NCBI GenBank assembly: GCA_963744145.1
Contig: CAVUSO010000001.1
Coordinates: 7,232,001 to 7,296,000 of the forward strand
DNA from: an uncultured cyanobacterium
GTDB taxonomy: Bacteria; Cyanobacteriota; Cyanobacteriia; Cyanobacteriales; CAWUOF01
Reading direction: 5' to 3'
Length of the DNA stretch: 64,000 nucleotides
Below the pieces are notes generated by a model that searched no databases, was not told the DNA's origin, and worked only from the letters and a program-made list of their open reading frames with translations. Position 1 is the first letter of the stretch, and every line of letters starts with the position of its first letter. Made by a program: the position numbers and the translations under genes. This document shows, in pieces, positions 1 to 11,158 of the stretch.

Positions 1-986
1 TGATTGGTAGATTCTGGAGACGACTCTTTTAACTCATTGGCTTGGTCGTCGGTTCTTTTCTCACTGATTACGGCTAGATAAATACCTAGTATGATAATAG
101 CAAAAGCCACCAAGTTCAACCAATTTAATACCTCTGCAAAGATAATCCAAGCTAAAAAGCTACTCACAATCGGATCTAAAAGGTTAATCATTGCGATCAG
201 GCTAGAAGATAAGTATTTGAGGCTGTATGTAAGCAACCCATGAGCGGAAATAAGAGTGAGAGCTAGAGCAATAACACTCAGCCACCCTCTCCCAGAGTCG
301 GGAAACCATTGATCATGGGTGGTGAATAGGATTAGCACAAATAAAAGCGTCACAATCCGATAAACCCAACTCAGGATGGTTGTGACTGTTAATTCTGTCC
401 GAAGTTTTTCAATTGCCAGAAAATAGGCAGCCCAGAATATGGCTGAGACAAAAGCAAGGAAGTCACCTTGAAGTTTAACAAAGGTAACTTCTAGGTCATC
501 TAACCCAAGGACGATTGTTCCTATAGTTGCGATCGCCAGACCAATCAGGAATTTATGATCAAAACGTTGATTGAAGAGTAAGTATCCTCCCAGTGCAGTG
601 AAAAATGGTGTCAAGCTATGGATCAATGCTGAGTTGGCGACACTAGTCTGAGTTAAAGACCAAGCCCAAAACAACTGAGTGACGCAGAAAAACACTGCTG
701 TTACCAACAGCAACAGGATTTGTTGGTGATCGAATGACTCATTGATGATGGATTGTTTTCCTAACCAACGCTGACGCAGCAGCAAAAGCTCTTGCCACAG
801 CCCAAAGATGACAGCCGCGATCCAACAGCGATTGAACATCGTGGCATTAGGACTGATTTCATTTTCGCTCCATCGAATTAAGATGGGCATCATACCAAAA
901 ATCCATATAGCAACAAAAATAGCAATAATTGCCCCTGTGGTTTTGCGATCAGGCTGCTGGTTAGTTGTTTCAAGCTGGTCAGTCAT
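1..986 (-). CDS. EamA/DMT family transporter (3' end runs off window)
   Basis: Hand translation from ATG at 986 (MTDQLETTNQ...AIIAIFVAIWIFGMMPILIRWSE...WSLTQTSVANSALIHSLTPFFTALGG...GDFLAFVSAIFWAAYF) shows two hydrophobic EamA-type repeats; the frame stays open to the window edge. Confidence 0.85.
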   Translation of the reverse strand, partial: MTDQLETTNQQPDRKTTGAIIAIFVAIWIFGMMPILIRWSENEISPNATMFNRCWIAAVIFGLWQELLLLRQRWLGKQSIINESFDHQQILLLLVTAVFFCVTQLFWAWSLTQTSVANSALIHSLTPFFTALGGYLLFNQRFDHKFLIGLAIATIGTIVLGLDDLEVTFVKLQGDFLAFVSAIFWAAYFLAIEKLRTELTVTTILSWVYRIVTLLFVLILFTTHDQWFPDSGRGWLSVIALALTLISAHGLLTYSLKYLSSSLIAMINLLDPIVSSFLAWIIFAEVLNWLNLVAFAIIILGIYLAVISEKRTDDQANELKESSPESTN

Positions 987-1034
987 ATAATTATTAGTAT
1001 TTTTATCTCTAACTACTGCACAAATCCGGGAACC

Positions 1035-1076
1035 GTAAGTAACTATACACAAACATTAAAAACCTTATGCTAACTT
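1035..1076 (+). promoter_or_regulatory. Putative NtcA-activated promoter (GTA-N8-TAC plus TAN3T -10 box)
   Basis: GTAAGTAACTATAC at 1035-1048 and TAACTT at 1071-1076, 22 nt apart, in the divergent EamA/porin intergenic region. Confidence 0.45.
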
Positions 1077-1157
1077 AGCTCGAAATTACTGATCTGTGAT
1101 TACACGGATAGTTTCTACACAACTGTTAACCCTGAATCAATTAGCAAGTCAAGACAA

Positions 1158-2852
1158 ATGCAGAAAATTTTCGGATGGATGCTAGTAGTTAGTCCAATCA
1201 TTTTTAGTTCTCAGCTCCTAGGTTTTGTCAGTCCAACAGTAGCCCAAGAGAATAACGATCTCTACAGTAGTTTAGATCAGGCTGATGATTTGCTTTCCAG
1301 AAGTGCAGATGGTAAAGTAACATCGGTTTCAGAACTATCTGATGTTCAACCTACCGATTGGGCATTTCAAGCTTTACAGTCTTTAGTTGAGCGTTATGGT
1401 TGTATTGCAGGTTATCCAGATAGAACATTTAAAGGAAATCGCGCACTCACTCGATATGAATTTGCAGCTGGTTTAAATGCTTGTATGGATAAAGTCGGTG
1501 AACTGATTACAGCAAATACAACTAATGGAATTCAGAAAAATGATTTAGTCACCTTAAAAAAACTACAGGAACAATTTGCGTCTGAATTGGCTACCTTACG
1601 GGGAAGAGTAGATGCTTTAGAAACCCGAACAGCTCAACTACAAGCCCAGCAATTTTCTCCTACTACTAAACTTAGTGGTTTTGTTGCTTTCAATTTTACT
1701 GGTGCTACAGCATCATCTAGTGTCCGACGCGAAACTGGAAGTCGGATTGCTGGTTTACCTCAAGTTCAGAGGGTAAACGATCCCAGTGTAACCGAAAGCG
1801 GTTTGGTATGGTTAACACTTTATAGTTCTTTTACTGGTAAAGATAGTTTAGTTACCCAATTAGCTGTTGGTAATGGTAACTCTCCGGTGAATCAATTTGC
1901 TTCAGCAGGTCAATTCAATACCACGGGTGTTCCTTATTTTGACCAAACCTCTGGAGTTGATACGAATCAGTTTACTCTGCGAACATTAGCATATACATTC
2001 CCAGTCAGCAAGACTGTTTCTGTAACAGTTGGTCCTCGGATTAATTGGTATGCTAATTTTGATGATAATGCTTTTACTTCCCCTTTCACTGGAGCTGGTA
2101 GTTTTAATTCGATTAATAGTACATTTTTGGCATCGACAAAACGTGGTGCTGGGGCGATCTTCCTCTGGAATCCCACTGAAAAAGTTCAAGTTCATGCGGG
2201 CTATTTAGCAGAAAGTTTGGAATTTAATTCAACTAATGCTGCTAGTGATCCATCCAAAGGGTTATTTAATGGCACAAATACTCTGACAGCAGAATTGACA
2301 TTTAAACCTACTGATAAGTCTAATCTGCGGTTTCTTTATCAACGTTCTAATCTCAATCGCAATTCGGCTGGACAAATTGATGTCCAACCGATTGTGGGTG
2401 TGGCTGATGATGGTTTTGGGGGAAGGGTACGCGATGCAAATTCTGATACTTATGCTTTCAACTTTGATTGGTTAGTTAATCGGAATTTTGGCTTATTTGG
2501 TCGGTATGCTTATAGTAGTACGGCGATCCGACCCGTAGTTAGCACATTATCTAAAGGGGATATTAATGCTCAAACTTTCCAAGCAGGGTTAGCTTTTCCC
2601 AATTTAGGTAAAACAGGCTCATTAGCTACTATATCTTTAGTGATGCCTTTTGATATTTTGGATGGACGTAAATTTCTAGCAGCTGGTGCTGGTAATGGTG
2701 GTACTCAATACGATCTAGAAGCTAGTTATTATTATCCGGTGACAGATCATATTTCCGTTGTTCCAGCTTTCTATTACATCAGGAATATCAACAATTTTAG
2801 TAATAATCCTGATGTCTATGTTGGGCATTTTAGAACGCAATTCACTTTTTAA
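1158..2852 (+). CDS. Cyanobacterial SLH-domain OprB-type outer membrane porin
   Basis: Signal peptide, SLH motif DVQPTDWAFQALQSLVERYGCIAGYPDRTF, coiled coil, FSPTTKL start of the barrel, C-terminal RTQFTF. Confidence 0.93.
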   Translation: MQKIFGWMLVVSPIIFSSQLLGFVSPTVAQENNDLYSSLDQADDLLSRSADGKVTSVSELSDVQPTDWAFQALQSLVERYGCIAGYPDRTFKGNRALTRYEFAAGLNACMDKVGELITANTTNGIQKNDLVTLKKLQEQFASELATLRGRVDALETRTAQLQAQQFSPTTKLSGFVAFNFTGATASSSVRRETGSRIAGLPQVQRVNDPSVTESGLVWLTLYSSFTGKDSLVTQLAVGNGNSPVNQFASAGQFNTTGVPYFDQTSGVDTNQFTLRTLAYTFPVSKTVSVTVGPRINWYANFDDNAFTSPFTGAGSFNSINSTFLASTKRGAGAIFLWNPTEKVQVHAGYLAESLEFNSTNAASDPSKGLFNGTNTLTAELTFKPTDKSNLRFLYQRSNLNRNSAGQIDVQPIVGVADDGFGGRVRDANSDTYAFNFDWLVNRNFGLFGRYAYSSTAIRPVVSTLSKGDINAQTFQAGLAFPNLGKTGSLATISLVMPFDILDGRKFLAAGAGNGGTQYDLEASYYYPVTDHISVVPAFYYIRNINNFSNNPDVYVGHFRTQFTF

Positions 2853-2980
2853 GTAACTGGGTATTTTTCGATTGATATGATCGGATCAAGACTAACTGTA
2901 AAGTGGCAGAATTAACGATTACCAATCTGATATTTTTTAGTTGAGACGATCCGATCGTAAACAAAATTTAGTCAAATTAG

Positions 2981-3582
2981 ATGCTGAACCGATCGCACCA
3001 TGTCCCGAAACAGTTAATCATTAACTGTTCAATCAGTATCTTGTCAGTAGGAGCATTAGAACCCATTTTCAACAAGCTGATAGATTTATTTGGCACAAGT
3101 TTAACATTTATGTTGGGAGCTATTATCCTAGCGATCGCGACTACAATTATGCAAAAGCTTACTCCAAAAAATACCTTTACTCCGCCATCTAATCATCAAC
3201 AATCTTTTACTCCTTTCCCCCTATTAATTTTAACTTTTATGGTTGGCTTTAGTGTGGGATGGGAATTTAATTTAATTTTTGCAGTTTTCTCTGGAATTTT
3301 AGCAAATCAAATTACTATGCTTGAAGTTGGCTCAGTTATAGCAGTGCTTTCAGCTTAGTTGCCAATAGCGGTTTTCCTTTTGCCATGTCTATGGTTTTAC
3401 CTCAACAAGCAGGATTAGGTACTGGTTTATATTTTGGTGGTGGTGGATTGCCAATGGCTTTATTTGCAATTATAAATAAACAGTTAGGAGTAATAACAGG
3501 GAATGAGGGAATAATCAGTGCTGTAATAGCTTTTTTAGTTGCTTTAGCTTGCTTAACTATCAGTGAACGGATTAGGTATTGA
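2981..3582 (+). pseudogene. Fragmented MFS-type membrane transporter remnant
   Basis: Two short hydrophobic ORFs (2981-3358, 3385-3582); AGLGTGLYFGGGG resembles an MFS C-terminal helix; together too short for a full MFS. Confidence 0.5.
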
Positions 3583-3606
3583 TCGATCTGACTTTTTCCG
3601 CTAGTT

Positions 3607-5905
3607 CTACTGCCATTCCCGCTGTTCAAGTTCTTTCTGGGGCAACAGTAAGGCAGCTTCTATTTCTTGTCGCACGGCAACTGTTACTTCACAATTGCTG
3701 TTGAGACAGTCAATTAGTAATTGGTTGGCGTCGTAATATTGTTGCAATATTTTCTGTTGTTCAGGGCTGAAGTGCCATTGTTGTTGGATGTTTCGATGTA
3801 GGGCGATCGCTGTTCTCAATCGTTCAGTCCAAACTCCATGATTTGTTTGCCACCATACCTGAAATCTTTCTAGATCCTGTTTGTGGTCAGGGAGTTGGTC
3901 TTTGAGTTGTTGTAGGGATTGATGTAACCCTAGATCCAGAACTATAGCGAGCGCGTTGTTAAGAGCATCAGCACAGGTATAAGCATGGGCAAAATCAGAG
4001 CTGGAATCAAGGGCGCTCTCTAAGACTAGGTGATCTAGTGCTGCATCCAGAAATATTCCTTGGTCAAGGGTGCAGGCGAGGGCAAATTGAGGGGCAAGGT
4101 GCGGTGTTCGGGCCATGGCAAAGTAAAAAGCGCGAATTGCTGATGGTTGGGGCGGATCAGATTGAGACTTTTGATTCCCCCAGGCTAAAAATTCTTGGAG
4201 ATAGGGGTCTTGGGAGACTAACCCATCAATATGTTGTTTCATCAACTGCATCAGGGAGTCGGCACTCCTTAACATGGCTGTTGTTAATAAAAAGATTTCT
4301 CGCCAACGGGGTTCGGTAACGTGACTAACTAGATGTTCCAGGGATTTCTCTAATGCTTGTAAGTTATGACTAGCCACAATTTTTCTGGCTGTGAAGTATT
4401 CTTGAAATGCTAAATATGAAAATGAGAAAATTCCCCGCACTCTTTCTACTAATAATCCATGTTGTAATTCGATCGCATGAAGCACTCCTTCGCTATCTAG
4501 TTGTAATTCTTCTGGCTCGGTTGGAGCATTGGGTAGTTGGCGGATATAATCACCAATATGTTCTTCAATTGCGCGTTGCTCAAAGAAGTAGTGCCCTTGC
4601 TCAAAGGATACTGCGGCAACTTGACTCAGTAGTCTTAGCTTTTGTGGCAATAAAAATCCTCGGTAAATTTCATCTCGCTCTATTCCCCTGGTTTCATCCC
4701 ATTTGACTAGGAGAAGATTCTAGGCATTGTTTATAAAATTCGCTTTTTTTGGTTGGGAATTTTTCCTGGCGACGGAATACCCAGCAAGCTAGATGTAAAA
4801 ATAATGGTGTGACTGCGAGTCGCCGAAATTGAAAGTTTTCGGGTAAGTCTAATTTCTCAATAAACTGAACGGCTGGTTCTTGTTCATTTTCGGGATCGTT
4901 TGGCGTGAATATGGCGAACCACTTTTGAGCAAATGCGACGATTTGCTCTTGGGTAAATGTGGCAATTTCCACATCGGTGAAGCGTTTGAGGGTGAAGTTT
5001 TTTGCGGCTGTTCGACAGGTAACTATAAATAGATTCTTTTGATAGTTTTCGGAGAATCTCCGAATTTCTTTAACTATGGCTTTGCTATCTTGATTGAGGA
5101 CTTCATCCAATCCATCGAGCAACAGCAACATTTTACCTTCACGCAACAGGGTTTCAATCAGGTCGGGATCAGAAATTCCTGATGTCAAAAATTCAGCTTG
5201 GATGTAGTTCAATAAGCTACTATGCTCTTCCTTTCTAGTCTCGTCGGCAAAATCTCTTAAGGTAATAAAGATGGGAATCCGGTTTACTGCAAATTTGCCT
5301 TGATTACACTCGATCGCCAGATGTTGCAAAAAGGTGGTTTTACCAGACCCCGGTTTACCTAATACTCTCAGCTTAGAGTAGGTTTCCACTGCTCTCATCC
5401 CTGATATTTGTTTCTGGGAAATTTCCCCCACACCAAAGTGATCAAATTCTTCTGGGTTCAGGGTTTGGAGATCAGGGATCTCTAACCATTGTTGGCTGGC
5501 GATTTCTTCTAAAATATTGACATCGATGTAAATGTCTTCTATCCCAATGGGACGGCTGATGTCTAATAGCTGTAAGGTGCCACATTGGTTTTGAATTTTG
5601 TCAAAACGTTGCGATCGCACCTGTTGGACTAAGTTCTCCAGCTCTAAAAGTGGCTGTTCTCTGGGTTGGGAGTTTTTTCCTGGAGCATTTTTGGCAATTT
5701 CGCGCCAATCCAGTTCCAATATAGTGCAAATTTCTCTAAAGGTATGTTGCTCAATTGGACGACCTGTGAAAAATCTCCAAATGGGCTGACGGGTCTTTAG
5801 GTTTACTTCTTCTGCTAGATTTTCTTGGGTCCAACCTTTTTGCACAAATGCTTTTTTTGCTTGTTGAATCCCTGTTTCTGATGCGTGGAGTGATCGACTA
5901 ACCAT
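3607..5905 (-). pseudogene. HTH-NACHT NTPase (NLR-like), split by a one-base frameshift near 4718 (possibly a sequencing error)
   Basis: N-terminal HTH (WTQENLAEEV), Walker A GKPGSGKT, Walker B LLLLDGLDE, TCR, TPLFL, FSFSYLAFQEYFTA. Removing one A from CTAGAATCT joins the ORFs as CLDLLLVKWDETRGIERDEIY. Confidence 0.85.
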
Positions 5906-6061
5906 AATACAATTATACTCCGGACAAAATGCTATATTGATATATTAGAAAATATTTAAACTGCTATGCCCCCATGTTTTGAAATACTTGACAAAAAGCA
6001 GAAAAGAGACAGACAAGATGTCTGTCCCACAAATCAAATTGTTAGGGGTTTAGAGGGATGA

Positions 6062-7273
6062 TTATTGGCAATATTTCTCTACACAACGTACAAACATTTC
6101 TACTCCCATCCCTAAAACAGTTTCATCAAAATCAAATCGGGGATGATGATGGGGATAAGTTAAATTGCGATCGGGATTAGCCGATCCCAAGAAAAAATAA
6201 CAACCAGGAAGAGCTTCGAGGAAGAAAGACATATCCTCACCACCCATGGTTTGACATTCCGGTACTATCCCGATCGGAGTTTCAATCACTTCTGTTGCTA
6301 CCGATCGCACTAATTCGGCTATTTGCTGATCGTTAATTACTGGTGGATATAAGGGGCGATAATCTAGTTGATAGGTAGCACCATGACTAGCACAAATTCC
6401 GGCGATTACCTGCTCAATTCTTGATGGTAAGAATTTGGCTAATTCGCGATTAAAATAGCGTACTGTCCCACCGATGCTAGCTGTATCAGCAATTACATTT
6501 AAGGCTGTACCTGCATGGAATTTGCCCACTGTGATTACTGCTGCTTCTAAAGGATTGACATTACGAGCAACTATGGTTTGCAAAACATTGATGATTTGGG
6601 CTGTCACGACAATAGAATCAATAGTCTGATGGGGCATGGCACCATGTCCACCTTTACCGGAAATGGTACAGTTAAAAGATTCGGTTGCAGCCATTAAGGG
6701 ACCGGGACGGACTCCGACTGTGCCTAATGGTAAATTATTCCAGATGTGTAACCCAATAATGGCATCCATATCGGGATTTTTTAATACACCTGCTTCGATC
6801 ATGGGTTTGGCCCCACCAGGACCTTCTTCGGCTGGTTGGAAGATGATTTTGACTGTACCAGCAAATAATTGGGGATGATTAGCTAGATAATAAGCTGTTC
6901 CTAGGGCGATCGCTGTATGTCCGTCATGTCCACAAGCGTGCATGATCCCATCATGCTGAGAACAATAGGGGACATCATTTTCTTCTTGGATTGGTAAAGC
7001 ATCGATATCGGCTCGAATTGCTAATCCTGGACCTGATTTGTGTCCCTTGATGGTAGCCACAATACCCGTTTTGGCAATCCCGGTTTGATGCTCTATTCCC
7101 CATTCTGTCAGCTTTTGAGTGATTAAGCTACTGGTCAAATATTCTTGAAAACCTAATTCTGGTTTTTGATGTAAACAACGTCGTAATTCCACTAGATGTG
7201 GTTGTAATCCTTGAATCTCAAGACGTAAGCTTGATAAATCAGGTTTGGTGGGGCTAGGAACTGTAGAAACCAT
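6062..7273 (-). CDS. M20 family amidohydrolase (N-acyl-L-amino acid amidohydrolase)
   Basis: Motifs RADIDALP, MHACGHDGH, FQPAEEG, GGED, HHHPRFD. Confidence 0.93.
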   Translation of the reverse strand: MVSTVPSPTKPDLSSLRLEIQGLQPHLVELRRCLHQKPELGFQEYLTSSLITQKLTEWGIEHQTGIAKTGIVATIKGHKSGPGLAIRADIDALPIQEENDVPYCSQHDGIMHACGHDGHTAIALGTAYYLANHPQLFAGTVKIIFQPAEEGPGGAKPMIEAGVLKNPDMDAIIGLHIWNNLPLGTVGVRPGPLMAATESFNCTISGKGGHGAMPHQTIDSIVVTAQIINVLQTIVARNVNPLEAAVITVGKFHAGTALNVIADTASIGGTVRYFNRELAKFLPSRIEQVIAGICASHGATYQLDYRPLYPPVINDQQIAELVRSVATEVIETPIGIVPECQTMGGEDMSFFLEALPGCYFFLGSANPDRNLTYPHHHPRFDFDETVLGMGVEMFVRCVEKYCQ

Positions 7274-7423
7274 TTGTTTTACTATTATCTCAGCTAGAAA
7301 AATGTTTTTATCCTGTCATATTAATTTGTCGATCGCTACTCTGATTAGATCTAGTCTACAAACATCCATTGACAGGCTAGGTCGTTGTCTAGAACCGCCA
7401 AAAATTACAAGGATAAATAGCTC

Positions 7424-8032
7424 ATGATCGCTCACCCCCAACCCCAACTCATGACACCCCAGGAATACCTGGACTGGGAATCACAACAACCCGTTAAGTA
7501 TGAATACATGAATGGGCAAGTCTTTGTCATGACCGGAGGAACCCTCCCCCACAACTCCATTGCTTTGAATCTCGCTTCTGCGCTCAAAAATCACCTGCGC
7601 GGTAAGGGGTGTAAAGTCTTCATGGCAGATGCCAAAGTTGGCGTTTCACGAAATGGTCCCTTTCACTATCCCGATGTTATGGTCACTTGTGACAGTCGCG
7701 ATCAAACGGCTCGTCAGGTTGTCTATTATCCTTGCCTGATTGTAGAAGTCTTGTCACCCGGAACACAGGAGATTGACCAGGGCAAAAAATTTAGGAATTA
7801 TCGCCGCATTGATACCTTACAGGAATATGTGCTGATTGAAGCAGAAACGATGAATGTTGATTGTTACCGACTCAATGAGATAGGGAAATGGGAACTGACT
7901 GCCTATTCCCTAGATGAACCTAATGCTAAGGTCGAAAATCTAGAAGTTTATTTAACCAGCGTTGATTTCCATTGTCCTATTTCTTTGCTCTACGAAGATG
8001 TTGTTTTTCCTCAAGATAATCCGGAGGAATAA
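7424..8032 (+). CDS. Uma2 family PD-(D/E)XK protein
   Basis: Motifs YEYMNG, YPDVMV, LIVEVLSPGT, LQEYVLI. Confidence 0.92.
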   Translation: MIAHPQPQLMTPQEYLDWESQQPVKYEYMNGQVFVMTGGTLPHNSIALNLASALKNHLRGKGCKVFMADAKVGVSRNGPFHYPDVMVTCDSRDQTARQVVYYPCLIVEVLSPGTQEIDQGKKFRNYRRIDTLQEYVLIEAETMNVDCYRLNEIGKWELTAYSLDEPNAKVENLEVYLTSVDFHCPISLLYEDVVFPQDNPEE

Positions 8033-8723
8033 AATTACCACTACCCACTTTCCATAATTGTTCTAAGTTTAAATCAGCAGCAATTTTTGCTAGTTTGGCT
8101 AAGTCAGTAGGGTCATCTAAATAAGGTAAAATGCCTAATATTGGTGTTTGGGTAAGAGATGCAATTAAATTCGGTGGACTCCAATCAGCAATTTCTGCTT
8201 TTGTTCTTGGTTGAACACAATTTAGAATTATTCCTTTAAGTTGAATATTTTTTTGTTTTGCTAAAGCAACATTGGCAACAGCTTGGGAGATTGCACCTAA
8301 TCTTATTGGTACTATTAATACTGTTGGTAATCGCCAATCTCTGGCTAAATCTGCGACGGTTAACTCGTTAGTAATTGGTGATCCCAATCCTCCCAAAGTT
8401 TCTACAAACAACCAATCTAAGCGATCGCGTAATCCAGTAAAAGTCTGCCAAATTTTCGCTAAATCTATCTCTTTTCCTTCTCGTTGAGCAGCGATGGGTG
8501 GTGCTAGTGGGGCTGAAAAATATTCAGGATTTATTTCACTGACAGATTGGGGTAAAGAAAATAATCTGAGGTAGAGTTCGCGATCGCCAATTCCGGTTTG
8601 AATTGGTTTCATTATCCCAAATGTCAGATGGGGATAATATTTTTGCCAGTATGCAGCTAGAGCAGTTGTCAAAACTGTTTTTCCTGTATCTGTATCGGTT
8701 CCGGTAATGATTAGTGCTTTCAA
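7977..8723 (-). CDS. bioD: Dethiobiotin synthase
   Basis: Motifs ITGTDTDTGKT, KPIQTG, VETLGGLGSP. Confidence 0.93.
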   Translation of the reverse strand: MKALIITGTDTDTGKTVLTTALAAYWQKYYPHLTFGIMKPIQTGIGDRELYLRLFSLPQSVSEINPEYFSAPLAPPIAAQREGKEIDLAKIWQTFTGLRDRLDWLFVETLGGLGSPITNELTVADLARDWRLPTVLIVPIRLGAISQAVANVALAKQKNIQLKGIILNCVQPRTKAEIADWSPPNLIASLTQTPILGILPYLDDPTDLAKLAKIAADLNLEQLWKVGSGNFIPPDYLEEKQHLRRAKK

Positions 8724-8798
8724 AGGTTTATTTTTTCAAGAATCGAGTTATTGCTAGGAGTCTTTGCCATCAACATACCTCAAAGACTCCTAACCAAA

Positions 8799-10710
8799 TC
8801 AAGGGATTTTTGGTGCAGGTATAGTTGGGATGGGAGTGAGTGTGGGAGGTTTAGTGGGAGGTGTAGTTGGGATGGGAGTGAGTGTGGGAGGTGTGGTGGG
8901 AGGTGTGGTTGGGATGGGAGTCGTGGGAGGTGTGGTTGGGATGGGAGTCGTGGGAGGTGTGGTTGGGATGGGAGGTGTAGTTGGGATGGGAGTCGTTGGA
9001 GGTGTAGTTGGGATGGGAGGTGTGGTTGGGATGGGAGTTGTTGGAGGTGTAGTTGGGATTGGGGTTGGTTTTTTCGTTGGGTTGGGTTCTGGGGTTGGGT
9101 TGGGTTCTGGGGTTGGGTTGGGTTCTGGGGTTGGATTGGGTTCTGGGGTTGGGTTGGGTTCTGGGGTTGGGATTGGTGGTGGAAGGGGTTCAGGTTGAGG
9201 AGGATTGTTCAGCGTCACACCAAGAGTGAAATTTGTCTCTTTCTGAGAGATTAAATCAATTAGATAATTGCCATTTTGATCTATTTGACCTTGCCAAAGA
9301 TCAAGATTAGAAGCTTCTTTGATAATTTCACCATTAGGATAACGAATATTAAAAGTAGCTGCTCCCCTAATAATTTCTACTTTTAAGATTTGTCCTTTTT
9401 GAGCAACGATTTGATAACGTTTGATTTCCTGGGGGCTTGTCCGATCCTTCGCTTCTACATATACCTGACCAGGTGGAAAAGCGAGTTTTTCTACAATAAA
9501 TTGACTCGGAGATGAGGTCGGTGGAGTGATTGGAGATGGTGATGGAGTCTGAGTCGGGGAAACTGTCGGAGTTGGAGTTGTTTGAGCTGTTTGACGATTG
9601 AGAATTGAACTGATAATTGCCCAAGTACCGATCCCCACCAAGAGAACAACGGAAACCATCACTGCAATCATAGCTCCAGTGTTATTCCAGAAAGAGTTTT
9701 GATTGGGATCAGGAATAACGGGATCAGGTTGATGCGGACGACGGTTATGGGGAGCGATCGGTTGGGGACGACGTTCCGACTGCTACAGTTTGGACTTGAG
9801 AAATATTAGCTCCTGGAAGTTGAGGATTGGGGGGTTGAGCGATCGGTTGTTGGGGATAATTAGATCCGGGATTAGGTAAAGTCTGAAGAGCTTGCGCGAC
9901 TTCACTGACTGATTGATAGCGATCGCTAGGTCGGTAACTCAACATCCGATTTAAAATATTAGCAAATCCAGGGCTGACGCTGGTCCACCGTTGCCAATTC
10001 CAAGTGAGTTGAGTATCATCAAATAGCTCTTGTGGTTCGCGACTGGTGAGGAGAACTATCGATGTAACTGCTAAAGAATAAAGATCACTACTGGGATAAG
10101 CTCTCCCAGTTTGGATTTGTTCCGTGGGTGCATAACCAGCTTTACCTACTGTAGTAGAGGATTCGGGCTGATCAGGAGCTTGAATTCGGGTCGCGATTTC
10201 TTTGACCACACCAAAATCAATCAGCACAGGGAGGCGATCGCTAGTGCGAAGGATAATGTTATCTGGGGAAATATCCCGATGAATAATATTTTTAGCGTGA
10301 ATATGCGCTAATACGGGCAATAATTGCCGCAATAATTGTAAAACTTCTAGTTCTGTAAAACTCTGACCTAAATTTTTTCGTTCTTGCATTAGGGCCAAAT
10401 AGCTTGGACCTTCTACATAGTCTTGGATTAAAAAAAAACGTCCATCTTGCTGAAAGGTAGCACGAAATTGGGGAATTTGGGGATGTTGGATTTGATAGAG
10501 GATCGCTGCTTCCCGTTGAAATAGTTCCTGTGCTTTTTCTAAACTGTAAGCACTTGTTTGAGCTGGAAAGAACTCTTTAATAGCACAGCGTTCATTAAAG
10601 CGTCCCCGATCTTCCGCTAGATAAGTACGACCGAATCCCCCTTGACCCAAAATATTGAGGAGGTGATAGCGGTTTTGGAGGATGGTGCCAATGGGAATCG
10701 GTGGTTGCAT
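8799..10710 (-). pseudogene. Membrane Ser/Thr protein kinase with Pro/Thr-rich tail, split by a one-base frameshift near 9775 (possibly a sequencing error)
   Basis: LGQGGFG, AIKE, HRDISPDN, DFG. Removing one base from GTCGGAACG gives VGRRPQPIAPHNRRPHQPDPVIPDPNQNSFWNNTGAMIAV, which runs into the TM-containing ORF 8799-9671. Confidence 0.87.
8820..9180 (-). repeat. Coding tandem repeats (PTPEPN 18-bp units; PTTPP/IPTT units)
   Basis: Repeated GGTTCTGGGGTTGGGTTG and GGGAGGTGTRGTTGGGAT units encode the kinase tail. Confidence 0.9.
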
Positions 10711-10901
10711 GGGTTTGTTACTTGTCTGACGCTTAAGTTACAAAATTATCTTATTTTCTGATTTAATTCAAGCAATACCAACAGTCAATGTTTACTATTG
10801 AAGATTATTTCCTAGTAATTTTACTGAGTGCTGACCCATATTCACCCCGATCAGCTAGTCAAACCCAGATCCTTAGACTCAAAAGTGAACAGAATGGTTT
10901 A

Positions 10902-11047
10902 TACCAATTTTTTATGAGGTTGCATAGAATTAGATCCCCCCTAACCCCCCTTAATAAGGGGGGAATCAGAAAATACCGATCAAAGTCCCCCTTAAAAAGG
11001 GGGATTTAGGGGGATCAATATCTGTGCAACTTCACATTAAATTGGTA
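10902..11047. mobile_element. 146-bp MITE with TACCAATT termini
   Basis: 27-bp imperfect TIRs TACCAATTTTTTATGAGGTTGCATAGA / TACCAATTTAATGTGAAGTTGCACAGA; TTA on both flanks; internal C/G-run hairpins. Confidence 0.8.
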
Positions 11048-11158
11048 TTACTACTTGACAAAAGTTTAATTTTTTTCAACAATTAATTTACAAAGTTATT
11101 ATTAAATCTGTCAAATCAAAAGATAACTTTTGGGATTGGGATGATATATTTCCAATGA

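Noticed and set aside
7424..8032. Uma2 protein as a defence nuclease
   Set aside because: Very common multicopy cyanobacterial family, here in a housekeeping context
8751..9254. Gly/Trp- and Gly/Val-rich plus-strand ORFs
   Set aside because: Antisense shadows of the kinase Pro/Thr repeats
10788..11009. 73-aa ORF upstream of prs
   Set aside because: Runs through the MITE and has no recognisable protein features
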